Assembly: GCA_036172245.1 (NCBI GenBank)
Contig: JAYWIR010000022.1
Coordinates: 2,418,001-2,482,000, forward strand
Reading direction: 5' to 3'
Source of the DNA: Raillietiella orientalis
Taxonomy: Eukaryota
DNA length: 64,000 nt
Both the position numbers and the translations under genes were made by a program. This document shows positions 1-11,469 of this stretch, in pieces (position 1 is the stretch's first letter; every line of letters starts with the position of its first letter). The notes below the pieces were generated by a model. It saw only the letters and a program-made list of their open reading frames with translations, searched no databases and had not been told where the DNA came from.

Positions 1-3000
1 CGCGCGCGGGGCCCTAAGGGTCTACATATCGCCGTGCGCAGCTCCCTAGAAGGTCCCCTGCCTTAATCTCCCCCAGTGATGGTAGAGTCCTCAGCGGATT
101 TCTCCCTGGATCAATAATATTTCACCGATGCCCCCATACGCTCCACCGACCCCCCCTTCCCCAATCAAAGAGCGCGCGGGTTGTATCGAAAAACGAAGGG
201 GAAAAGCGAAAATAGGGGGGGGGGGGGAAGGGGAAAGGCGAAACGCGCAGTCTCCCTGCTGTGATTTCCGGAGGCTGTTCGGCGGCGTAGAATCCGGGGA
301 GTACGCGCGCGCCCGAAGCGTCCGCACGCGCTGCTTCCCAATCCGGCCCCCGTGACGATCCCATATTTCACCGCTCCAGCGGCTGCGATCGCTCGCAGCA
401 TACCGCGCGCGCGGTCGGACTGGTTCGCGAGATACGGACGTATTTGATCCACGTGTTCCGCGCCTTGCAACGCCTTTCTTTCTGCCCGCCCTTCGACTGC
501 AGCAGACGCTTCGTGCAACAACGCTTTCCTTCCTCCCTCATCTTTCACTCCCCTTTCGGAAGAGGCAGCGTGCTCGTTCCCCCCACCCACCCTAACCCCA
601 CCCTTGTGCCTCCATGCCCAAACTCTCGGGTCACTCAAGCGGGTGCAAGGGAGTCTTCCTGGCTATCCAAGAGAGTTATATGCTCTCGAGAGTCGGAGAG
701 GTGGGAGAGACTGCCAGGCCGCGGGACTGGCATCCTCTCGCGCATCCTCTCTCCCAGATTCCAGGTGCAGAGGAAAAACACGAGGTCTCGCAGCTTATCC
801 TGAGTGCGAGCGCGCGTGGCTGGAACGGATCTCTCAGGAGAACGCGTTTCCTCGAAGGTCGACAGCCTCGTTCGGATGGAAGAAGCCGAACGAGAGTCAC
901 AACCCTTGAGCCCGTTCTTTCTGCCTTCCTCCCCTCGGTCGAACGCCGCCTGAGCACCTGAGCCCTTGACCTCTGCGGGCATTCGACGTTCTTGGAGACT
1001 TCCTTCTTCCGAGGGCGCCGGTTTGCGGAGATGCTTTCGGGTGACGGACACCTCGCGAAGCGAAAAATGCACCGGGAGAGGGAAAAGGAGAGAAAGATGG
1101 GAGCGAGAGGAAAGTTTCCGGGACCGGGGGGGCGCGCGCCTCGCTGCGGCGGGAGGCGAGCCGGACGGGAGGGATCGGAAGTCGGAGGAACGGGGAGGAA
1201 GGAACATGATTCTCCCCCCCCCCCAACAAGGCCAACCCCCACTCCTTCGAGGGATCAGAGAAATGAGTTGACTCCTTCCGGGTCCTTCTTTCTGGATACA
1301 GGTAGGGGAGCTAGCGGAAGGTTGCTGGAGTGGCGGGGGACTGCCATGGGGTTCCGCAGTCCTGGAGGGGACGCAAAGCGTCCAGCTGCCGACAGCCGGC
1401 GCACGCGCGCTCATGACGACGAAGGGGGAGGGAAAAACGTGACGAAAGAAGGGGAGGGGGTGGAGGATTTCGGCTGCTGCTCTGTATGGACCCCTAGTCC
1501 AGCGAAGAGACGGCGAGAAGCAGGGTGAAGGGGGAGGGGAAGCAGGTAGTTCTCGACCTTTCCTTCTCCTCTCTCTCATCGGAGCACTCAACTGTTCCTC
1601 CGGGAGGAGGGATGCCTGCCGAATAAGGAAGGAGGAGCTCCAGTGGCCGAAAGGATGGGGGTGACAATCCGCCAGGAAGAGCCGTTGCACTATGGAGAAC
1701 GGCAAGGGAGGACTCGCGGGACTGAGATGATCTTCGCCGAAAGGTGCAGAACGGTGAGGAAGAAGAAACGAACGAACGGAGAAGGAGGAGGAGAGGAAAG
1801 TGAAAGAGTGAAGAGGGCGATGGGGAGGAAGAGGAGAAAAGAAGGCGGAGAGAGGGGGGAAAAGACTGCGGGATTCCCCCTTGATGGCAGCATTAAGAAA
1901 AATGTCTTCCAGCTTGAGACATGTCTCCGGAACGCTCCTGCCGCCCTCGAGCTGTTTTCCGAGAGGGCGGAGGAGCAGGGGGCCCGGTCGGGTGAGAAGG
2001 ATCCGGTTACGCGCGTCCTCCCGGGAAGATTCCCGACTCCATCTGGGGGAAGTGCGCGCGCACGGGATGGGATGCTGCGGCAGACGGAATAAGGGAAAGG
2101 ATGAGAGGACTGCGAAAACGCCCTCCATCTTTGGAGGGACAGCTCGAGCGGAGTTTCTTGCGAATGAACGCTCCCCGGAAAGAGAGGGAAAGAGTTTTCT
2201 CCAGACCGGATCGAGAGTTACGCAAAGAGCAGCCTTCCTCCCGTAGTCCCTGGAAGTCCGCAAAAGTGGCGGTCAGGCAGCGTGGGGTTCCTCCGAGCTC
2301 GAGGGTCTGGGCCGACGGTCTGGGCTTCGTCGGCTTCCGGCGAGAGACGATCCCGCCCGCCCGTCGCAGGAAGGGGACGAGGGTCTTGCGACGGGTGCGA
2401 AGGAAGAGGCGCTAATCGCAAGGGGAGGAGGCGCTCGCGCTGAGCTGCCGGGAAGACGGCCGAGAGAGGCAGGAAGGGAGCATCGGAGCGGGAGTGGGGA
2501 AGGGAAAGAGGGGTAAGGGGCAAGAGGCCGCCCCGAGGGCATAGCAGGTCGAAAGACGGCTGCTGCTTGGAGCTTTCCGAGGCTCCGCCGCTAAGACGCA
2601 GCTTCCACGGGCTCGGCTGCTCACACGCGCGGCGGCTCACCCGTCCGACTGCAAGCGAAGCGGCCGACCCGGAATGCACGTCCCACATGGGGGGGGGGGA
2701 TAAGGAGGAGGAGGAGCAAAGGTTGGGTTGGAGGGCCTGTTTGCCCACGGCGCGCGCGTGCGCCCACCGGAGGCGGACGGACGTCCCTGGGAACGCCGCC
2801 GCCGCGCTCGCTGGTCCCCTTTTCCGGGACGTGATTTCGAAAATTAGGATCTTCTGCGAGATCCGCTCCGCTCCTGACGTCACCGCTCGCCGCTTCCGCC
2901 CCGCCGGGAGGAGGGGACGGGAAACAGCCTCCGGATTTTCCGGAAGAAGAAGAAACAGCTAGGGGGAGAGGGGAGGAAAAAAAAAAAAAAAGACGACCGC

Positions 3001-5830
3001 GTGCGGAGGGAGGGAGGGAGGAAGGAAGGGGGAGTCGGTCGCACGGGAGCGTTGGTTCGCATGGCAGCGCCCGGCTTCGATTAGCGATCAGCCAGAGACG
3101 ACGACGAGGGTCCAGGAAGCGCTTCCTGTAGGCCCGTCGGAACGGCTCGAGAGATGGCTGATCGATCTCTTTCCGCCCGCGTTCATTGTGGGGGGAGGAG
3201 TCGGGTCGGGAGAGGCGGAAAGAGGTCGAGCAGTGAGGTGGTAGTGGTAGGGGCGCCGAGGTGAAACGCATGGTCTTCGGACCCGCTTCGCCTACTACTG
3301 GAGAAGCGGGCGCAAGCGTTCTGGTGGCCAGAGGAGGAGGAGGAGGAGGGAGGGAGGAAGGAAGTAAGGAAGGATTAAGGGGCGGATTTGTTTCGGCGTC
3401 GGAATTCGGCGGTGGGTCGGCTTGGAGACTCTGCCTTTAATTTATGGTCGGTCTGCGGTCGAAGGGCGCGCGCGAGCGCCCGAAAGGGGCCAGCGAAGTA
3501 GAAGCCATCCTTTCCATGAATTTTCCTCGCAAAAGAGGACTGGGCAGGCTCCACTGACCGCTCTATACCTTCCATCTCTAATGCAACTTCCTCGTGGACA
3601 AACGAGAAGATATGCATGCGCATGCGCGGGAGGGGAGCGTTACGCGATTCACAAGCTCAGAGACGCTTCGCCTCTCCCCACCCCCCTTACTCCCCTTTCA
3701 CTTGCCCTCCCCCAATACACTTTTCTCAGGGCACCACAGTCGCCTCTACTAGCGTGGAAAGGTGACCAGCGATTCTCCCGCACACCCGAAAGAGGCAGTT
3801 GCGAGGTCCTTGGCCAGATCCTCTCGCGGGTAGGCTGTGCCGTCGCATTCGAGTAAACAAGGAAGCACGAAGGAGAGCTTTTCTCTCCACCTTCGGAGAA
3901 GGATGGGCTCCGCGCATCCCCTTCCAAAGCTCGGGAGATCCTCCCGTATCCCTGTTTCGCACCTTTTCCACGGGTGTAACACGAAGCGAACGGAGCAGGT
4001 CACTGCTTATCGAGGAATCGATAGCAGCGCGAGATCTATGCATCCGCAGGCCGTGATCGCAAATCTTGGGACTGGGAGAGGAGATGGGGGGTCTCGACAA
4101 TCAGGTTCCTATCCTGCTTGGTGAAACGTCTCGTCGCTATCAGGGAAAGCACAGCAGCGAGAACAGCGAAGGAGAGCGGGACAGAGAGAGAGAGAGAGAG
4201 GAAAAAAAAAAAAACTGGTACTTTCCTCCAGTTCCACTACAAAAGAAATGGATCCGGGGAGAATGAGCTGGCTGGCTGCCTATGGAGGTGAGGAGAGGAA
4301 GTTGTTTCCTCCTCCCACCCCACCTCCACCCCCTCAACCGCATCGGGTGCCTCTCCATCCTGAACTGGGGTCTTTTTTGACCACACGGCCATGGCGAGAG
4401 CGATAGAGAGGGGGGGGGGGGAAGGGGCAGATCGAAGTGTCATCGATAAAAATCGGATGTTAATTGGCGACGGCACGGGAGCGATTCCCACCGATCTCCC
4501 TGACGAGCGGATCCCACTCTGGAAGCGAGGGCTCTCTGCAAGTTGCGCTTGTTTAGCTCCCGCCTGTTTGTTGTTCCAACTTTTCATCGGGGTAGCGGAA
4601 TCGTCCAATCTGGATGTCCTCCTCCTCCAGGTGCACTGGGAACGGAGATAATTGTATAAACGAGTTCAGCCCTTTGATGACAGCAGTTTTTTGTTGTCAA
4701 CCGATTTCATCGTCGCAGAGCAGTTCTGGAGAAGGAGAAGCAGCTCGGCGGCGTCACAGCTGATACACCTCCGCCCTCCACACTTTATTATTTTCGAATT
4801 GTGTAGCCTACAAAAGGCAGCGAACCGCGCGTAGGCCTCCCGGCAACAATGCGCGCCTCAGATTCTCACGTGTCAATCACGGGAGACGCGAGCGCCGGAA
4901 GGAATGATGGATGCGTCTATTAATTAATCTCTTTTTATTCTGCTTAGCAGAATGAACTTTTCTTTCGTTTCCTCTTTCCTTTTGCTTGTCTTTCTCTCTC
5001 TCTCTCTTTTTCTTTTTTTTTGGCGGTTCTCCTTCTGTCTCTCTCTCTCCCTCTTTCTCGCTTCTTTTTCTTTTCCCCTCCCCCCTCCTCCTCCCCCTTC
5101 CACTTTCTGAGACCAACGCCTGGAAGTGCTTTCAAATTCATCGAATTCCAGTCCTTTTCTTTTGTGCGCTCAAGTTTAGCAATTCTCGCTCTCTCCGCTC
5201 CGAGTGGAAGTCCTGCTCCGGAGCGGCAGATTGGGGAGGGAAACCTTCCCTTCCGAGAATTTTTCCTCCTCCTTCGCTTTTAGCGCAGAGCGCGAAAAAA
5301 GCATTTGTTAATTGCGCACGTTGAGAATGGACTCGCGGAGCGCGAACTCTGCTGCGCCTTTGTGGCTTCTTAGTCTTTCGTGCTATTTTTGTACGAGGGA
5401 AAAAAGGGGGGGCGACAGAGCCGTTTGGGGGCAGCGACAACAGACTTTTTCACTTGGGTAGATTTCGATTTCGTAAATGTGCCCTCGCCTTCTTTTTTTT
5501 CTTCCCTCCTTCTCCTCCTCCTTTTTTTTCTTCCCCTCCCTCTCTCTCCCCCTAGGTAAAAAGGATAGAAACGACCATCCGTGCTGCTCAAACGAAGGTC
5601 GCAGGCGAAATCAACAACATGCTCCCCCCTCCTCCTCCCCCTCCCCCCCCCCCATCAACATCCTAATCCGACATCGAGTTTCGAAAATAGCGGACTCTAT
5701 GGACAGGAGGAGGGGGAATGAAAATGAGGAGGTGGAAGAGGGGGGGGGGCGCTGGGGGTTCCCTCCTTCCCCCCTTTCTCATGATGGCCGCCGCTGCGAG
5801 CTCACTTGATCCGGGCGCGCCTTTTGCGGA

Positions 5831-5857
5831 CAGCAGCAGCAGCAGCAGCAGCAGCAG
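5831..5857 (+). repeat. (CAG)9 microsatellite
   Basis: Directly visible perfect trinucleotide run. Confidence 0.9.
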
Positions 5858-6549
5858 GGTGAGAGCTTAGCGCGCCTGTTGGGAACGTGCGCGCGCCCGA
5901 GCCGCTTAGGGACGGTGCCGGTTCCGGAAGTGGAACGGGCTGTAAGGACGTGTTTTTTCATCCGTCACCCACAAGATCGCACATCTGGGGAGCAGACACA
6001 AAAGGAAAGTGGAGGACCCCCCGATCCCGGGATGCGAATCCGCTCGCTTTCCGTTCGATGGATCGATCGACGGGGGAAAGACGCGAGCCGCGCGGGCTGC
6101 TGCTACACGGCGGCTACTGCGGGCTCCAACGCCGCTGGGAGAGCAGAGGAGGACGCGCGCGGTAGCAAAGGATAATCCCGGGAGGAGAGGCCGAAAGGTT
6201 CCAAAAGCTGACTAGGATGGATCGGAGCGTTCGCCTTTTTTTCCCTTCTTCTTCTTCTCTTGCCCTCCTCCCCCCCTTCCCTGTTTCCTCTCCTCCACGC
6301 GCCTACCCTTGAGGCAGACAGGGCACCTCAGAGCCGCCGATGACCCCTTCGAGGGACTTGGACCCAAAAGGGTCGCGGGTATCCCAGGATGGGAAGCAGG
6401 AGGAGGAGCGAGTGACCTCCCCTACCCGAGCCGCTGCAGCTCTCCCTTTCCCGGCTGGTCGGGACCGCTGACACCTCCGATCCCTGCCCCGCGCGGGGTA
6501 CCTAGACACACCCTCCTGTGCTTCCTCCCCCTCTCCCTCATTTCCCTGG

Positions 6550-7310
6550 CGGGCGCACCTAGGAGGCCGCGCGGTCCCGCGGAAACGCCGCCTTCCCGGA
6601 AGCGGCGGCATCGGCAGCGCCGCCGCCACGAGCGCGCACGAGCATTAGCTTCCTCCCCCTCCCCTTTCCTGCTTCCCCTCCCCCTTTTCCTCGCGCTCCT
6701 GCCAGGAATCGAAAAAAGGGGAGTGAAAAAAAACAGGGGAAGAGGAGGCGAGGGCGAGCGCGAGGGGGATCCCGGCAGCCGGCAGGGTACCTCCCGCTCG
6801 CGCGCGCGCGAGCGCACGAGGCCGAGTTCCCCTCCAATCGATGCGCCCGCCGCAGGAGGGGGAACAACCGGGATGCGCCGCCGCCGCCGGGGCACGCGCA
6901 GCCGGCAGCGCGGCCACTGGGGCGTTCCACCCGCCTGGACGCGCGCCCGCGCGCGCGCGCGCCGGGAGAGAGAGGGACGCGCGCGCTCTCTCTCCCCCTC
7001 TTCCCTCGTCCCTCCCTCCTCCCTGTCCGCGACGCCCGGCCGGCGACGACGACGATTTTTATTCGGCGCCTTTTTTAAGGGCGTTCTTTCGGGAGCGCTC
7101 CGGTTGGTGCGTGGCAGCGGCGCGCGAGTCAGCCGCCGCCGAGGCCTTTTTTCCGCCGCTCTCTCTCTCCATTCGCTCTGCTTTGCTTCATTTTTTCTTT
7201 TTTTTTTTTTGGCGCGCGCTTTTTTTTTTCTTTTCTTCCGGCGTCCTGCGACGGCAGCCAATCAGCGGGGAGCGAGCGCTCGAGCTCGCGTGAGTGCTCT
7301 CTAGGTTCGA
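6550..7310. promoter_or_regulatory. CpG-island-like putative promoter region
   Basis: Very CpG-dense with (CG)n runs, a CCAAT box (cagCCAATcag, ~7254-7264) and a minus-strand donor-like GAG|GTACCC at 6791/6790. No associated coding exons identified, so promoter status is inference only. Confidence 0.3.
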
Positions 7311-9716
7311 AGAGAAGGCAAGCGAGCGAAAGAAAAAAAAAAAAAAAACAACGAAAATAGAAGTAGAAATAATAATAATAATAAAGAAAAGCTTGGAAAA
7401 AGGAAGAAAGAAACGATGGGGAGAAGCGCGCGGATAAAGGGAGAGGTGCAGGAGAGGGAGGGATCCTCAGGACCGTCCGTTCCCGCGGAGGGGTCCACTC
7501 GGCGCAACAGTGTCGGAAAGCTGGCCACCGTTTCCACCTGCCAGAGACGGCGGCGCGTGCGCACATGCGAGAGATAGCGTTCCTTTCCTGTCCCTGCCTC
7601 CCCGTGCCATTCCCTGGAGATCTCTCCCGCCCGAGCCCCGGCGTCCCGCGTTGGAGGGACGCCGCAGCTCCGCCGCTGCGCTCGAGGGGGTCGGGAAAAA
7701 AAAAAAAAAAAGAGGGAGAGAGAGAGAGGGTGGGAGGGAGGGAAGGAGAGAGAAAAAGAAAAGGAAAGAAAGAGGGCGAGGGGGAGGTGGGGGCGGGGTA
7801 CTGGGGTGACAAGGAGGAGGAAAAGGAAACTCGAAACGGTCCCCGTCCTCGCGCGCGAGCGCGCGCACGAGCATCCTCTCTTTCCCCGGTTGCCGGGGAA
7901 ACGAATGGACGGACGAAAGGGGGGAGGAAAGCGAAAGGGAAAAAAAGGAAAGGAAGGGGAGGGGGAGGGGAGGAGGAAAAAGAAGGAGGGGCAGGAAGAT
8001 GAAGAAGAAAAAAAAAAAAGAGGGAGAGGAATATGGGAAAGGGAGGGGAAGAGGGTGTCAGGGAAAGGCAACGGAGGAGGGGGAGAAGAGGAGAGCCGCG
8101 TATTTTGACAATTCGGGATTTCGGGATCGTAAATAACCATCCCCTTTCCGCGAGCCCTTTGTGCGGGGATCCCAGGTGCGGGGCGGTCGCGTGTGAGGGA
8201 CAAAAACTCAAAGCGGAAAAAGTAAAAACCCCTAAAAAGGCTCCCGGGGGATGCGGAGGTGCGCGGAAGCGACTCGGAAGGGCCCGAAGATGGGGGAGAG
8301 GGAGCGCGCGGAGCCAAAGACGGGGTGGCACACGTTCCCGCCTCCCCTCCCCTGCCTCGTGCTTCTTGGCCAGCAGATCGCCCGGGCAACCGCGCGCAGC
8401 GCACGGAGGAGTTTCCTCTCCCAAGCGACCCTCTCCCGTGGGCTTGCTCTTTGTCTTGAGTAGCCCCGGTGACCACTGCTCTCCTTCCTGCTGATCCCTC
8501 CTTCCCTCCCTTCGCCTGACACCCGCCCTCCCGCATCTTCCCAGGAAACGTCGTCACGGCCTCTTTTCGCTGAATCCTTCTCGCTCCCGGAAGTCCTCCC
8601 TTCTGAGCCCCAACCCTCTGCCCACCTCTGCCGGTCTCGACCCAGAAAACCAGGCCCGGGAAGAGCTTTCGCAAACTCCCACTGGATGCCGTGGAAGGGT
8701 CCCCAGGGCGGTACGGGGGAAGGCAGACGCCTCTCCCTTCCTCCTCTGAAACGAAGCGATCAGCGTCTCGGCGAGCGCACCCCCTCCTCCTTTCGCGAGA
8801 AGAGGGCGGTTAGACCCCTTTTCCATCTAGGAGGTTCCCTTCGGACTTACCCCCCAGGAGACAGACTCCTTCAGCGCTTACACCCCGATTTCCTTTCCCT
8901 TTTCCTGTTTTTCAGGAAAACGAAGAACCAGCCGGGAGCGAAGGGAACGCATGTCTCCATCTTCGGTCCCCTTCCCTCTCCCCTTTTCTCCTCCTAGGAG
9001 TGAAGCGTCCGAGGAAGCAGGGCTCCGGAAGCAAGTCCTTCCCCTCCCACACACACACCACACACACGCGCGCGCGCTCACATAACCCCCATTTCGAGTC
9101 ACACCTCAGCCCTATCCCGGTGACTCTTCCTTCAGCCTTGCTCTCCCCGGAACGTCACCGGCTCGCGAGGAGCTGCGCGACCACCCGACATACCGGAGTC
9201 GCGGGTGTTCTTCCCTCCCGCATCTGCACCACCCTCCCGCCCTCTGCCGAGCAGAGCCGCCGCCTTGCCCCCTCGCATAGGACCATGCGTCGAGCGCCTT
9301 TTCGGGAATGCCGAAAAGGTGGACCGCAACGCCAACCGTCCTTCTCTTGTGCGTCACCACCCCGCCTTCCTCCATTCTGGAAACTCCCCGGAGCCTTGCC
9401 GTCGGTCCCAATGTACTCCCGTTCTTCCTCGGAGAGGCAAGCACGCCTCGGCAGTGGCTGCAGTTCCTCCCCCTCTGCAACGCGGCCTGTTCCGACTCGT
9501 GGGCGCAGGAGAGGCGCTGAGGAAAGAAGAGCCGTCGTGGGTCAGGCGACGAAGGGATGGAACAGGAGGAACCAAGACATTGCTGGACGCCTGGTCATCG
9601 GTGGGGCTAGAAGGTCGTCGCGGCGTTCCCGGCCCAATCCGGCCTATACGCCGCCGCAGCCACCGCCAGGTGGATCCCCCTTTGCAGCAGCTACCCCAGG
9701 AATGGGGAGGAGGAGG

Positions 9717-10333
9717 GACGAGTCGAGCAAGAGTGGACTCCAACGCCGGCCGAACTCCAGCAGGATCAGGGGAGATGGGCGGTGGTGAGTAGAGCTTCCC
9801 AGGCAGGAAGAGCCGAAAAGGCGTGGGGGAGAGGGGGGGGGAGTGGATCTGAGCGAGATTCCGCATCATGGCGAGGCGAGGAGAAGGCTCCAGGGAGCAG
9901 TGGGAATGGCACGCAGGATCCCGAACGCTCTGAGCAAGGCTCTGCCACGCGTGCGCCGCCATCACCACAGCCTCTCTCCTGCCTCATCCCCTGGAATTCT
10001 ACGATTGGAGAATCCCTCCTTCTTCTGCCGTTTCCTCCTCCTGCCCAATGTCTCCATCGCAATCACCAGGTTCTCCTCCTTCACCTTCGCCTCTTCCCCC
10101 CTTCCTCCTCCTCCTTCAGTGTGCTCCGCACGTGCCGCTGCGGGAGAGAATGCCCATCCGTCTTCCTGCGGCTCGAGCCGGCAGCCGCAGTAATGCTCCT
10201 CCTCCCCTCGCCCTGTTTAGGAGTTTGCATGGGTCTTTATGAGCTCCACGGAAGGCGCTGGACGGATGCGCCATAGACGCGTCCATCCATAGCCATAGGC
10301 CGAATCCAATTAAAAAGCGGATCCGGAGGGTCC
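9717..10333 (-). pseudogene. Degenerate tetraspanin (exon 2-, 3- and 4-like remnants)
   Basis: 10333-10235 is 99 nt from an AG to ATA AAG (IK), the same length and ending as exon 2 of the upstream tetraspanin, reading SGSA/fs/LIGFGLWLWMD. ~9970-9845 reads VMAAHAWQSLAQS/fs/GSCV..LLPGAF..AESR (cf. TAAPWDHSANA..WESK). 9791-9717 reads YS../fs/LILLEFG (cf. YSILMTIAVMLEFT). Frameshifts present and donors lost. Confidence 0.55.
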
Positions 10334-11469
10334 CTTAGAGAGTCACAACCAGCGGACTCTCCTGCCACGCGCTCGGGTTCCTCCATGAAGTTTCCAGAGT
10401 CAGGGAGGCGACTTCTCTTCCCGGGAGGCAGCAGCAGGCCTGGCGGTTGGCCGGTAGCCCTGTGAAGAAGGAGGGAGGTGGAGGGAGAAAGAAGAGGGCA
10501 AAAGCATGGGAGGAGAGGTCGTTGCGGGGGGATTGCCACCGCGCCTCGAGCCGAATTCAACGGCAGCTGCTGCGAAGGTCCGCTGCGGTCCCGTTTGGTA
10601 GCCGTCCGAACCCAACGGAACTCCGAGGCGTCGCCGAGTCCCCACCCCCCCAGTCGGTCTCGTCCCTTGAAAAGCGTCATGATCCTACTTCCGCGACTGG
10701 ACTCCGCCGTCACCCCTGCACCCTTTCACCCGGCGTGGGCCTCCCGCCTTCTTACTGCCCGCTCCCCTTCTGCGCGTTCTGTTTAACCGACTGCCCCGGA
10801 ATCGTCCCCCCCGGCAATCAGCTGCCTCCTCGGTGTAGCTCTCCCGCACTGCACCAGGCAAACCCATTGGGACTCCCCATCGCATCTCCCTCCACCCTCA
10901 TTACCCCCACCCCACCCTCCCACACAGCCCGCCGGAGGATCAAAGTGCGCTGCGGATGAGAAAACCGTCCGAGTACACCTGAGTGCTCGCCGCACCCTCT
11001 GTGGCTCTAGGAGGGCGTCGGGAAGGTTCCGCGCAAGACTCCCAGGGACGAAGGCTGGAGGAAGAGGGCGCCGCTAGACGGCGCAAAGCGCGGAACGCAG
11101 TGGCAGCTGACTGCCTCCCCTTCGGGAAGCTCGGAAGCGCGTGCCTTCCTGCACCGGAAGGGCTCAAGCGCAGCTTTCCGGTGCACGCCCCCACCCTGCC
11201 CCTCCACCCCAACCCTCGCCCTCCGCCGCGCCCACTCTCTCGCAGGGGTTGACCTCCGGGTCAGGGGAACGTGAAGAAAGAGTACAGGGGGGTCGAACAA
11301 GTCCAGGGACAGTCCCCCTCCCCTCTCTCCTATCCGGAAAGCGGCGAAGGCGTGCTTCCCCGCAGCAGTGGAGATTCACGAGGGAGAAGAGGGCCATACC
11401 CGCTCTCTGCGGGGAAGGAAGAGCAAGCGTGTATTTGGGGGGCGAAGGGGGGGCTGACGGCGGCAGCAG

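Noticed and set aside
635..2263. 542-aa minus-strand ORF
   Set aside because: Low-complexity P/S/R/L translation of GC-rich purine/pyrimidine tracts, no recognisable domain, overlapping ORFs in several frames.
3500..6211. Candidate minus-strand exons below the CpG island
   Set aside because: Several GT/AG pairs, but no consistent reading frame or recognisable protein could be assembled.
6309..8674. Several 280-460 aa ORFs on both strands
   Set aside because: They arise from homopolymer and (CG)n runs (poly-F, poly-K, RARARA); not protein-like.
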